In this document: piece after piece, positions 51,249 to 64,000 of the stretch
Layout: each line of letters starts with the position of its first letter
How positions within the stretch are numbered: the stretch's first letter is position 1
Assembly (NCBI RefSeq): GCF_009914755.1
Contig: NC_060925.1
DNA: 64,000 bases
Strand: one strand, 5' to 3'
DNA from: the human T2T-CHM13v2.0 reference genome, Homo sapiens
Notes under the pieces: model-generated
The model's database searches: none
What the model saw: the letters and a program-made list of their open reading frames with translations, nothing else
Told to the model about the DNA's origin: nothing
Made by a program: the position numbers and the translations under genes

Positions 51249-53315
51249 CCAGTGCCTCAGTGACAGTGCACAGCAGGCAGCATCTCAGACACACTTTTTA
51301 AGCCCTAACATCAGTGCAGTTCCCTCAGCTGCCAAGAGCAGGAGGGAGGCTCCACGCAGGATCTGTGGACACAGCCATGAGCCAGACACAACCCTGAGCA
51401 GGAAAGGCCTGCAGCCCAAATAAGGAGCCACCATGTTAGACAGAGACCCACGCACGGTGTGTCAGGCTCTGTTCTAGGCACTGGAAATACAGACAAACAG
51501 CCGCGAACAATACACAAAGCTCTCTGTCTTCATGGCAGGCTGCAGCCAGCATTTATTGAGCAGTTACGGCATTCCAAGAACCATGCTAATTACTTGGCCT
51601 GACTCATCTCTGAATTAGGTATTATCGCTGTCCCCATTTCACAGATGAGGAAATTAATACGTAGGGAGGTTCAGTAGCTTGACCTGTGTCCCACCCAGCC
51701 AGTAAGTGCTGGAGTCAGGATTCATATTTAGGCTGCTCAGATCAAGTCCTGCTTTTTAAACATAACACTGTTAGTAATAATAGATGCATCTATTACTACT
51801 AAGGCAGACATCTTCATTATCTCAAAGCTGCTAGATCCTCCAGCAGCCTAGACATTACCTGACTACAAGGGCTAGAAGCCTTCCAAGGTCATGATGATAA
51901 CCCCTGATGGTCACTCAGCAGAGTCAACCAGGCACCCCTTCCTGTGGCCAGTGCTTTATATCAGCATCACATTAGCAAACCTGGGAGGTGAGGACTTTCA
52001 TCACTTCCATTGCACAGATGAAGAAACTGAAGACCAGAGAAACGAAGGGATTTGAGAGCATCCCAACAGCCAGTGAGTGGCTGAGCAGGATTACATCTAA
52101 GTGTAGGCTCCAAACCTCTTCTTAACTAAGGTTGAGAGAGGTTAAGTAGCTGAAGTAATTAATCCCACCCTATTGAGACTTGTAAAGCCAGACATTTTAA
52201 AATGGCCAATTAGACACAGCCTACTGTGGATATGAACAATCCTCGTTTCTTATTGCCAAGAAACATGTCTTTGACACCCTTGCTCTCTGCCCCTACTTGA
52301 GCCATGGAGATGAGTACATCCTCAAAAATGGACTGAGAGTGCCTGTTGCAAACACTGCTGAGCTGTTTGAAATAGCTGAAAGTGTCATTTTTTCAAAAGC
52401 AAAACATTCCCAGCATTGGGGTCGGGAGGTGGGAAGAACCAAAAACAGTGACTAGTCACAAATGTCCCAGTCCAGGAAGCTTTGTAGGCTTGAGCTCAAG
52501 ACTCTACTCCCCTGCCAGAGACATCAGGATAGCTGAACAGCTCTAGTAGGGGGACCCCCTCCACAGCCTTTTTCATTAGAAGACACTCAGCAGACCTAGG
52601 GAAGCCCCTTATACCTCCCGAGGTAGCCCCAGAAGGGTTCAGTGGGAACCATGGCATTACCAGATAAACTGAGCAGACCAAAATAATGGCTTTGACAATT
52701 AAATTGCCATTAGGACCAGAGCCCACAACAGTAGGACAAGAACTCATGTGCTAAGCCGAAATAAACTAAAAAAATATAAAGAAGCCCTAGACTCTCCCAA
52801 TATAGTAGACCAAATGTCCAGGATACAATAAAAAATTATCCATCATACCAAGAACCAAGAAAATCACAACTCGAAGGAACCAAGACAATCGACTGATGCT
52901 CAAGACCAAGAAGAATCAGATCCTGGAATTATTTGACAAAGATTTTAAAGCAGCCATCATAAAACGCTTTACTAGTTAGTTACCAATTATCTTGAAATAA
53001 GTGAAAAAACACAATCTCAGCAAAGAAAAATAAGTTATGAAAAAGAAACAAAATGATATTACAAAGCTGAGAAATACAACAGCAGGAATAAAAAATGTTC
53101 TAGATGGACTGAATAGTAGAGTGGCTATGACAGAATAGAATCAGTGAACTTAAAGACAGAACAATAGAATTCACCCAATCTGAACAACAGAGAGAAAATA
53201 GAATTTAAAAATTAAATAGAGCCTCAGAGGCTTGTGGAACAGTATGAAAAGGTCCAAAATTCATATCATCAGAATTTTAGAAAGAGAAGAAAAAGAAAGT
53301 GAAGGTGAAAGAGTA

Positions 53316-53480
53316 CATATACTTCTCAACTTATGATGCGGCAGCAATGAAACTTACAGTGCGTTTACCCAGACATAGCTCTATCATAAGTTGAGGAGCA
53401 CACTGAATACACATTGCTTTTGCACCATCCTAAAGTTGAAATATTTGTATATTGAACCATCCTAAGTCAGAGGCTGTCTG
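53316..53480. mobile_element. MER47 (Tigger5-derived) MITE inserted in L1 ORF1
   Basis: cttctcaacttatgatg...aaccatcctaagtcagaggctgtctg with TA TSD; removing it restores L1 gaaagagta|tttgaagaaataatg. Confidence 0.8.
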
Positions 53481-53627
53481 TATTTGAAGAAATAATGACT
53501 GAAAAATTTCCAAATCAGGTGAAAGACACAAACTTATAGAACCAAGAAGCCGAGTGACCCCCAGAGAAGACAAACACAAAAAATTCACACCAAGACATAT
53601 GATAACTAAAATTTTAAAAATTAAAGG

Positions 53628-53917
<290 letters not shown>

Positions 53918-55699
53918 AAAAATGAAAGCCAATGAAAATAAACTTAAAAGCAGCTGAGAGAAATGGCGCACAATTACCTACTGGGGAACACACATTCAAA
54001 TGACAGATTTCTCATCTGAAACCATTGAAGCCGAAAGGACATTGCACAATATTTTTCAACTGCAGATAGAAAAATCTGTCAACCTCAAGTTCTATATCCT
54101 GTGGAACTATCTTTCAGGAATTAAGAGAAAATGTAGACATTGTCAGACAAAGAAAAACAAATAATTTGTTAACAGACTAACTCTTAAAGATTGCCTAAAG
54201 GATGTTCATCAAATTGAAATAAAATGAAAAATAAAAAAACCCTTGCCACATCAGAAAGAGGTAACAATGGACAGAGCAGAAATATGGCTACATACAATAG
54301 ACATACAATTATTTTCCTCATAAGTTTTATAAATCATATTAAATGATCAAAACAAACATTATAAAACCATTTGATACTCAAGACACGATGTTTAAAATTG
54401 AGGAAGGTAAAGAGATCTAATTGGAAATGAGGTTTTGACACTTAACTTGAAATGGTAAACTATTGATACCCTTAGACTGTTTTAAGTCATATGTGATATT
54501 GTGATTTCTAATAAGAGAAACAACTATGAAAACTATACAAAAAAGATGCACTCAAAGACACAGTAAATAAACCAAGGTGAAATCCTTAAAACAAAGTTCA
54601 AATAACCCACAGTAAAACAAGGAACAAGAATGAGGAACAAGGACCAGAAGAAACAAACAGAAAACATATAATAAAATTACAGACTTATGTGCAAACATAT
54701 CAATAATCATTTCAAATGTTGATGGTCTAAATACACCAATCAAAAGAGATTGGAAGAATATTAAAACAGATTCCAACTACATCCTGTTTACAAGAAACTC
54801 ATTTCAAATTTAATGACATAGGTAGAAAGTAAAAGGATAGATAAATCCTTTTACTTTAACAGATAAAAACATTAATCGGCCAAGGAAGCATAACAATCTT
54901 AAATGTATATGTACTAAACAAAAGAACCTAAAATGCATGCAGTAAAAAGTGACAGAGATTCTCCCCAAATTAAAATGCAGTTACAACACAATTCTTATCG
55001 AGATTGCAGGAAACTGTTTTGTGGACATAGACCAGTTTATTCTAAAATGTATATAGAAAGGGATAGGCCCTCAAATTGCTAAAATAAACTTGACAAAAAT
55101 GAGTAAAGTAAAAGGAATCACTCTACCCAATATTGAGTCTTGCAAGATCAAGACAGTGTAGTATTAAAGGAAGGATAGACATGTGGATCAATGGGGAAAA
55201 AATAGAGAACCCAGAAATTGACCTACACATACAAGCTCAACTTATTTTTGACAAAGGTATGAAACTAATTGAATGGGGCAAGGATAACCCTGTTAATAAA
55301 TGGTTCTGGTGCAATTGGATATCCATGGGCAAAAAAAAATGTACTTCAATCTAAACCTCATACCATCTTAAAAATAATTCAAAATGAATCATGGATTTAA
55401 ATATACAGCATAAAAATATAAAACTTCTAGGAAAAAAACATAGAAGAAAATCTTTGGAAACTACAACTAGGAAAAGAGTTCTTATATTGACACCAAAAGC
55501 ATGACTCATAAAAGGAAAAACTGATAAATTGTCCACATCAAAATTAAAAACTTTTGTTCTATAACAACTCGTGACGAAAATGAAAGGCAAGCTTCAGGCT
55601 GGGAGAAAATATTTGCAAATTGCTTATACAACAAAGGACTATTATCTGGAATATATAAAGAACTCTCATAACTCAACACTGAAAAATAATACTGAGAAT

Positions 55700-56800
55700 C
55701 TAACTTCTGATTTCTGGTCCAACATGAAAAGAGCTTGGAAATCATTGCTCCTGTCCTCATAACAAGAAAAATACAATGAACAAAGTCAAAATCAACAACT
55801 ATTCTTAGATCCATCAGAAAATTAAGATCACAGGGCAAATGGGTGCATCAAAAGTGAAAAATACAGGCAGATACTAAGAATCACAGTGTCCAGGAAGAGA
55901 AGCCCACAACTGGAGCCAATATCTCTAAGAACACTTTAAACAGTAAGTGAGGAATTGCTGGAGGCTCCGTGTACACTAGCTTGAGAATTACAAACTCCAA
56001 GGCTGCCAAGTCTTAGAGCGAGCTTGTCCAACCCACTGTCCCTGGGCCACATGAGGCCCAGGATGGCTTTGAATGCAGCCTAACACAAATTCATAAACTT
56101 TCTTAAAACTTCATGAGATTTTTTTGCAATTTTTTTTTTTAGCTCATCTGCTATTGTTAGTGTTAGTGTATTTTATGTGTGGCCCAAGACAATTCTTTTT
56201 CCAATGTGGCCCAGAGAAGCCAAAAGCTTGGACATCCCTGTCTTAGAGGGTCCCAAACGCTTCTGTGAGTTTTACCTTGAGGAGCAGCCCCAGATCTTCA
56301 ATTTGAAAATAGGAGAAAAATCCCCTCTTGCTTGTGGCAGAGAGAGGGGAAAATAACCTTCCTGAAATATGCCTATGGCACTCTGTTCTCTTTAGCAAGG
56401 CCTCAGAGAAGAAAAATACCCAATTCCTGCTCCCTAAAAGATTGAGACCTAATTATAAGACTACTGAATATTTTCCTCCCCTAGACCTTACCACCACATC
56501 AACAGGGCTGCTGTATTATCAAAGGGGTTACAGGTTCAAGAACTATAAGCCTCAGACATCATTTCAGGAGTTTCTAGTAAAATCCAAAGACAACAGGGGA
56601 CACAAAATACGGGGCAGTAGAGGAAAGTTCAGCCTCTGAACCACAGCTACAGCAAACAGGAAACACATGTTAACCTCAGCCAGATAAACATAAAACCTCA
56701 CACTAGAGGCCTATCTACCCTAGTCCTTTGACTCAACACATCATGTCATGCCATCAATGAAAAATTATGAGGCATACTAAAAGACAAAACCCAGTCTCAA
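55700..56800 (+). mobile_element. Second ancient L1 5'UTR (L1MC/MD-type)
   Basis: aaagagcttggaaatc...caaaatcaacaactattcttagatccatcagaaaattaagatcacagggcaaa; similar to 63630-64000. Confidence 0.65.
56019..56240 (-). mobile_element. MER30 hAT-Charlie DNA transposon
   Basis: Ends ccaaaagcttggacatccctg; perfect 8-bp TSD TCTTAGAG (56011-56018 / 56241-56248). Confidence 0.92.
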
Positions 56801-56853
56801 CATCTTCAACATCAAGCAAGTATCCACAACTTCAAGCAAGTATCCACAGGATC

Positions 56854-57240
56854 ATCCACAGTGGTCTCCAGCAAGGACCTGGGAGGAGGGTCCACAGGCA
56901 TCCCCCATGAGGACCCTGGGAGGAAGGTCCATGGGCATCCCCCACGAGGACCCCAGCAGGAGGGTACACGGGCGTCCCCAGCAAGGGCCCCGGGAGGAGA
57001 GTCCATGGGCATCCCCAGCAAGGACCCCAGGAGGAGGGTCACAGGAGGGTACATGGGCATCCCCAGCAAGGACCCCAGGAGGAAGGTCACAGGTATCCCC
57101 AGAAGGACAGTCCACAAGCATCCCCCGTGAGGACCCTGGGAGGAGGATCCACGGGTGTCCCCCATGAGGACCCCGGGAGGAGGGCACACAGGTGTCCCCT
57201 GTGAGGACTGGGAGAAGGGTACACTGACCTCCCAGCAGGG
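56854..57240 (+). repeat. GC-rich 37-bp minisatellite, about 10 units
   Basis: Unit ~GTCCACGGGCATCCCC(CAT/AGC)RAGGACCCCRGGAGGAGG; starts at 56854, 56890, 56927, 56964, 57001, 57049, 57086, 57110, 57147, 57184, 57219. Confidence 0.92.
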
Positions 57241-57879
57241 AATTGATGTTCTTTTTACAGTGAAACAGGCCCAAAGTGAAATGCTCTAATCTGATGCTAG
57301 TGCACTTGAGACAGGACTCTCATTAAAAAGTGCAACAAGAAATATTTCAATCCAGAAATCAATGGGAGCTCATGGAAAGAGTTACTTGCTGAATAATGAG
57401 GAAGGACAAGTCAATAGAACATAGTGAATGGCAGAGGAGAAAGCCACAACTCATCTCTTGATTATGGGGTCTAATAAAACCATGACATTGAAATATGAGA
57501 AAACATGCAACTTCTTGGCAAAAGAGACAGAAACCAGCTACTCTGACAACCAACGGTACTGGAGGAACATCAGAGCCTGTAGCTGGGTCTGGGCGTTTTC
57601 TAAGCTCATGAGTGAAGGGCCCACCTATATTCTGATGTGAGCCCTGGGGCTGCACCCTCAGCCTGGCCCCACCCTCACTGTCTCCCCAACACCTTCTCTG
57701 GCCCAGAGGCCAGGGAGTCCCGTACACCCATTCTAGGATGTCTGCCCTGATTACTCCACACCCTACAGTCACCTGAGTCTGACCTCAGCTCATTTTCTTT
57801 CTAAACAGCAGGTGGTCACAGCAGAGTGTCCTGAGCCATGAGCTAACATTTAGTGGTAATGTGGGCAGGGGCACATTCT

Positions 57880-59050
57880 CATAGGTAAGAATTCGGACTC
57901 TGGAGTCAGAGAGACCTGTGTCCACATTTATTTATGCTAAACATAAAACGTCACAATGGCTGGCATTTAGCTGGTGCTCAAGAAATGTTGGTCACAGTTA
58001 TCAAAGCACTTCACAGTCTACAGAGTCCAGCCACACCTGTCAGGTTGCGATTCCGTCCCCCGTAGAAGGGACTGCGTCTGGTCTTTCTGCAGCATTTTGG
58101 AGTTTGCAGAGCCCAGCCTCGGCCTTCATCTTAGGGATCCTCAGAGCAACCCCAAGGAGCAGAAGAGAGTGCGCTCCTGGGGCCAGAATCCCTGGGTTCA
58201 CATCCTGCCTCCACCACATCCTAGTTAGCTTGAGCAAGGAATTTCCCCTGTTTAAGCCTCGGTTTTCCCACCTGTGAAATGGGACCGCCCATAATGCCTG
58301 CCTTACATGGCTGTCGTAGGTGCACACAGAAAGCATCTACCATGTGTCGTGTCTGGGACCTTCATCATCCTCTCCATTTTACAGATGAGGAAACTGAGGC
58401 TCAGAGAGGAAAAGTGGCCTCCTTGAGTCCTTGTAGCTGGTGATGTCACTGACCCAGGATTCAGATGTCAGTGCTTTGCCTCCCCCTCCACTGTGCAGTC
58501 CCGGAAGCTGCTTTATCTTCCCAGCTTTATCAGCACAGACGTGGACAGGAACCTGGAGTCCCTCACTTTGTCTTCATAGGCTCAGGACCAGGCCGGTGGC
58601 TGCAGCCCAGGCAGTGCCCAGGAGAAGGGGGTAGCAAAAGCATCCAGTGACGACTGACAACACGCCCATCATGGCACTGAGCACTTGAACTTCGTTTTCC
58701 CTTTTATCATGACGACAACTATTCCCACTTCACAGAAGGGCAAACTGAGGCTCCGGAGGCTGAGACACGTGTCCAGGATCACACAGATAACGGCTGTCAG
58801 AGTCGGCTCTAACTTGGATCTGTCTTTGTCCAGGCCCCACGTCTCAACCGCCCGTACCAAGTGCCGTGCGGCTCCCGGCACACATTCATCTCATTGAATC
58901 CCGAAGCTTTCTTGGAGGGAAATCTCCTCACCCTCCATTGCACAGGTGAGGAAACTGAGGCCATGCTGGGCATGGAAATCCCCAAGGCCCCACAGCTAGT
59001 GAGTGGAAGAATCCCACAGAATTCAAACCCAAGGCCGTCTGTTCCCAAAC
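57880..59050. mobile_element. Cluster of MIR remnants
   Basis: ccattttacagatgaggaaactgaggctcagagagg (58375); cattgcacaggtgaggaaactgaggc (58936). Confidence 0.8.
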
Positions 59051-61167
59051 CCACAGTGAAGGTGGTTCCCTCCTCCCTGCCTTATTCTCAAAGCCTGCAG
59101 GAGGCTCGATGACCCCACCGTGGGGAGGGCACTGCAGGGACAGAGGGGCCAGCTGGGGCCTGCAGGAGGGCAAGCAGGGCAGTTCTGATTTTTGGAGTCT
59201 CCAGGAACTTTCACAGACTTCAATCCTCCAAGAGGCCAGGAGGGAAGACGGGAGGAGAATCTCATTCTCTGGGTCCTCTTCCCCTGGCCTTTGCAGAGCG
59301 ATGTAACTGCATCAAAAGTAGAAATTGTCTCTTCAAGGGTCTCAGGATAAACCCCGCAAAGATGGATTTTTCTTAACTTCTTTATTTTTCCCTCCCCAGG
59401 GTCGGGGGTCAAGTCAATAACTTCCTGCCCACTGCCTGCTGCAGATCCCAGCAAGGCTGCAAACCTGTCAGCTGTAAATCCATCTCCCCCTGGAAACCAA
59501 CTGGAAACCCAGTTGCTAAATCCACCCTAAACCCAGCAGTTCACAAATCAAAGGCTGCTTCTGGGCTCGTGCTGGGCTGGGCAAGGCGCCCTGGGGACGC
59601 CGTCCTTGAGTCTCCATCTCCCCAGACTCAGATTCCAACCGGGGTCAGGGGAGCGGCGGGGACCTGCCAGGGCCAGGCCCAGCCTGAATTGCAGGGTAAA
59701 CCCCAAACCAGTGGTTGTTGTTCCAGCCCACCTCGCCCTCACCAGTGAGCTGTAGTGGACACTCCTGCCGACTGGGCCCAGGAAAACTCCAGGCATGCAT
59801 GCAGGGAGAGGAGGGCCTCAGGAGCACAGAGAAGCCACCCTGGGCCCAGAACTGAGCTCAGGCAGGTCTCACTCAGCCAGAAGCACTTGTCAAGCACATG
59901 CTCCAAAGAACACCTCGGTTCTGAAGCTGCCCGGGAATTTACCTCCAAGCTCATTGCTTTCCAAAGCCAGAGAGCTTAGGCAGAGGCTCTTGCAGGTGGG
60001 GAGGAGGGCAGGAAGTGGAGCCCATTCCCAGGCTTCTCTCCCTGCAGCTTCTGGAGGGTGGCACGGTGCCAGGCAGGGAAGGCTGAAGATCATGGGGACT
60101 GGCTGTCTCTGCCAGAGACCACACTGGGACTAGGCCTAGCCATCAGGCAGGCTCCTGAGTTAGTGCTCTAACCACTTACCTACAGCCTGCAGGTTCCCAG
60201 GAGAGGCTGACTCTCCCGTGTGCTGCAGGTAGGCAGGGCCAGACCTGAGAGCCCCAAGTCCTGGGTCACTCCTCAGTCCCTTCACAGTATAGAGGCTGGG
60301 GCAGGGGCACATCTTGAAGTTTCCACCCCTCATAGTGGAAGTTGGTGTGAGTGAATTACTCCCGGTAATGCAGATGTTTGCTTGGGGAATTAGGGAGGCA
60401 ATAAATAGAAGTCTGAGTAATTAACCACGACTGCTCAGATGTGCAGGGCCTGCCAATGCTCCCGCCCCTGCAGGGGCCTCCCCTGCACTGTGATGGAGCC
60501 ACTGGGTGGCATTTGTCTGCTGAAAAGAGCAGTTGACAATCAGAATAAAGAAGCTAGGGAGAGTTGGGGGTACTTGGGGAAACACTGGGAAACCAAGGCC
60601 CTGAGAGGGAGAAATCCACCCAAGGACATAGAGCACATTAGTGACAGAGGTGGGCTGGATACCTGCTCTCCCGGGAAGGAGGCCAGGGCTCTTGCCAGGT
60701 CAATGTCATGGGGCTGGTGAAGAAGAGTCTGGCAGGTGACAAAAGAGAAAAATGAGGCTCAGAGAAGGTAATTAATTAGCCCAAGGATTCACAGCAAGTT
60801 AAGAAGAGGAAGGAGGGCTTGGGCAAGGCTGACATCTCTTAATTGTGCCCCACTGCCTTTCCCTGTCAGCTTCTGGGTCAGGATTCCAAACCCCAGAGAG
60901 GGGCCCTGATGGGAGCAGGGAAGACCCCCACTGGAGGAGAGATTTAGAGACCAGATCCCAAAATGTGGAGCGGGCCACCTGCCAGCTCATGTTCCTTCCT
61001 TTTTATTAAGCACTGACTGTGCACTGGGTGCTGAACATGCTTATTTCAGTCAATCCTCACACAACCCTGTGGGAAGGTGGAGACTCGCCCCCTTTACAGA
61101 TGAGGAGACCAAGGTCCTGAGAAGGGAAGTGATTTGTCCAAGGTCACAGGGGTGTAGGATACCCACG

Positions 61168-61750
61168 TGTATCATTTGTCAACTTACTGCCCCTCAGCTC
61201 CAAATCCTTCACCACCTGCTTGTGATACTGAAACATGCTCCCTCGCCAACTGCTATGAGGTTAAGTTTTGTCAGTAATAGGGATTGGAGGGACCCAGGAT
61301 GAAAAAAGGGGCTTTTTTCCTGGTTGTGGCATGTTCTTCTCCACCTGTTCCTGAGGTGTGCAGTGGCCATCGGTGTGGACACCCTGTAATGTGCACCACC
61401 CCCGTGAGCAGCTGCCAACACGTTTCAGGGTGCAGCTCATCCTCATGGTCTGTTTCACCCCGGCAAGCTCCTCCACCGTCTGGGGGGCCACATCACACTC
61501 TCTCCCCAGGCCTGGAAACAGCCCTGGCGGTGATGGCAGAGCAGAGGGGAGGTTCTTCTAGATCTGTGCCTTCCTCGATGGAACCCTAGAGGGAGCGGCT
61601 GCTTTGGACACCTGCTATTCCTGCATTCTTTGGAGTTCTGCTTATCTCTTGGTAGGTGATCCTTGGTTCTACTTCATAATTATTTATATTCAACTTTCCC
61701 TGTTCAAATTCAATGTGGTTTCCATTTCCGGTTTGGAGGCTGGATGATGA
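61168..61750 (+). mobile_element. ERVL 5' LTR (LTR41-like)
   Basis: tgtatcatttgtcaacttactgccctcagctccaaat...gttaagttttgtcagta...actttccctgttcaaatt; directly followed by ERVL internal sequence. Confidence 0.75.
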
Positions 61751-63560
61751 AAAATTGATATTCCAAGGTATAGACCAACAAAGATGAGATTCTTGGGACT
61801 GAATTGGTCACAGCCTTGGGTTTGAGCACAGTGCTGACTGAGCTCTTTCCCATGGGGAATGGGGGGCTAGTAATTCGAGGTGTGCAGTGGTAACACAATC
61901 AATTGGGCATCACCTGTGGTTGATTGAGCAACAGAAGCAAGTGTCTTGAGACAACAAGTGGCTGCAGCACTTGACAATTACGGCAGCAATGAGGACTACA
62001 GGGACCATAGTGGGTGCTCCTGAACGCACTGGAGCATTTGGGATAAAAGTTATAAGCTCAGTCCTTTAACTCTTAGCTCTGACAACCCGAAATAAATCTC
62101 TTACTTCTTAAAGCCAGAAGATAGTGCTTGACAATCAAATACAAAATTAACTGTGCAGAATGCTAAATTCCAACATCCATTGAATTTACAGTCTTGCCAA
62201 GTTTCTCATGGAAAGTTAGGCCCTTAGGAAACTATTTCTCATGGGAAAGAATGGGATCCTGAGACTTGGAATGGGAGCATCTGATTGGACCACATGAAAC
62301 CCAGACCTTGAATTCCAAGTCACTCTGAGCATCCCTTGACAGTGGAAGCTGCTTTCCTCTGCTTGTAAACCTTGTGATAACCTCACCTCTAAATGAGATG
62401 CTTGCTCACCTCAAGATCCACCACAACCACCCCCTGTTGCCTCTGGACCCATAGCTATGATGAAGTCTCAGCATACTCCAAAGAGACAGGTGCAAACTAT
62501 GACCTGGGAGGAAATAGTTCACACAACAAAAGCAAGACTTTGCTGGCATATATTGAAGAAAACCTGGAAAACATAGAGAATGAGTGGATTCTATGGGTAT
62601 AAGACCAAGGAGAAAATATACCAAGATCAGGCCAAATTTATTGATATGTAAGCACTTACCAGCGATTCCAGATTTAATGTCTGCAAGTGAAGGTAGGTCT
62701 AGCAATTTTCTTGGTTGGTTGGTTTCTTGAAAGTTATATTTAACAGTGACTACATTTGAGATGCTACAGCTTCCTGGGATGGTGTAGAGAGGGAATCCAA
62801 AGGCTTAGAGATATAGGAGTGTTGGGCATGGTTTATCATGTGCAATCTACACACCCACCCCCAAACTATGTTCTATGAGAACACCCAGAAGAAACAAGAA
62901 ACCCAAGGGATTCTTGCAAAGCTTTCTGGTTGCTCCTTTTTCAGCTAAGTATGATCTTGAGTGAAAGCTGCTATTGAGGTGGGCTCACCAATCCCAGTGG
63001 GGATGGTGGGGTACTAGAGGAGCAGAGGCCAAGGAACACTCAGCTGCCACAAACAAGGTGGGAGCATCTACTGAAAAGGACAACAGGGAGTTACAGGCCC
63101 TCAGAATGCCTTGTCCTGTAGGGATCTTTGGTAGTGATCATGGTGTCACTGGGAAAGAAATAGATAAGCAGCCTGCCAGAATATTTCTTGGTCTAACTGA
63201 AAACAAACAAAAAGCCCCAGGTTGACAGTCATCAGCCTGGATGGATTCGCAGACATAGATGCCCTTGAGAGAAGGGAGGCTCAGCTCCTTTAAGGACAGC
63301 CTCTGTGCCATGCCTGCAAGTACACACCATCGATCTTCCTCCAAGCCTTCTCCTAAGGGATCCATGGCCATTTATTTGAGTGAATGTGCACTGGGAAAGG
63401 GAATTCATTTTGGGGATTACTTGACATTGAGTTTGAATTGACGCTGATTCCTGGGGACTCCAGATGCCACTGTAGTCCACCACTCAATGTAGGAATGCAC
63501 AGTGGTTGGTGACAGGTGGAGTTCAAGCCATTCACAGTGGGTATGACCAGTCCCTCACCC
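61751..63560 (+). mobile_element. ERVL/HERV16-like internal remnant: decayed gag and protease
   Basis: Gag motifs EWILWV (62582-62599), DQAKFIDM (62625-62648) and ALTSDSRFNV. Protease GLLDIEFELTLIPGD (63414-63458; the DTG motif is mutated). Many stops and frameshifts. Confidence 0.85.
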
Positions 63561-63629
63561 ATGCTTCTCAAGTCCCTTCACCCTGGCCTCACCTTTATAA
63601 ATAGTCCATTTATGAAGCTCTCCTCAGAG

Positions 63630-64000
63630 GCAGCTGGAGCCATAAACTGGTAGGAATGCTTCAATGATAATTTCGAATGAATTTTTGGAGGCTGAGTAGA
63701 GACTATTTTGATTGAGAAACTCCTGGAGGCCATAGGAATAAAGAGAAATCACCCTATGTTCCAGCAGGGGGAGGAAAAAGGCTGTTTTCTGTAACAAAAA
63801 CCTCCTCTCGAAAATAACCGTATTACATCTAGGGGAAAAGAAATTTACCTAACTCCAGCCCTCTTTATCCTCCCTGTTTTACCTAACACAGAAAAAAATA
63901 AAAAAAAAGAAGAAGAAGAAACATTTCTGAAGGTCACAGCCCAGGAAAATTATCCCAATAAAAGACCAAGATTTAACCATAACACTCTCCCCACACCCTA
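63630..64000 (+). mobile_element. Ancient L1 5'UTR fragment
   Basis: ggagccataaactggtaggaat...gaatttttggaggctgag parallels 55911-55970. Confidence 0.6.

Noticed and set aside
56854-57240. CRISPR-like 37-bp partly palindromic repeats
   Set aside because: Units are head-to-tail with no unique spacers, there are no cas genes, and the context is primate DNA

Overview
This looks like human or primate, fairly GC-rich, non-coding (intergenic or deep intronic) genomic DNA. I found no credible protein-coding gene, RNA gene, CpG island or CRISPR array. The ORFs in the track are chance ORFs or read through repeats. The window is a layered record of transposable elements. Solo LTRs with perfect target-site duplications (TSDs) are LTR17/HERV-W, MER52, THE1 and a MER66-like LTR; MER4A, MST and MLT1 LTRs have degraded or unclear TSDs. 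There is a decayed ERVL provirus (5' LTR, gag, protease), six Alus, ancient L1 remnants, L2, CR1/L3, dozens of MIRs, and DNA transposons (MER63, MER20, MER33, MER5, MER47, MER30). Tandem repeats include two minisatellites (19 bp and 37 bp units) and several microsatellites. Short AT-rich unique islands rich in homeobox, SOX, FOX and MEIS motifs lie between the repeats and resemble conserved developmental enhancers. I found no new multi-gene system. The most unusual directly visible items are: three templated or fold-back insertion scars; a 14-nt micro-retrocopy with L1 insertion hallmarks; an expanded YY1-like motif array in LTR17; a polarised 19-bp minisatellite rich in splice-donor and ZEB motifs; and a (GGAA)13 microsatellite beside an enhancer-like island. 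Repeat subfamily names come from recall of consensus sequences and need RepeatMasker/Dfam confirmation. The chromosomal locus was not determined.
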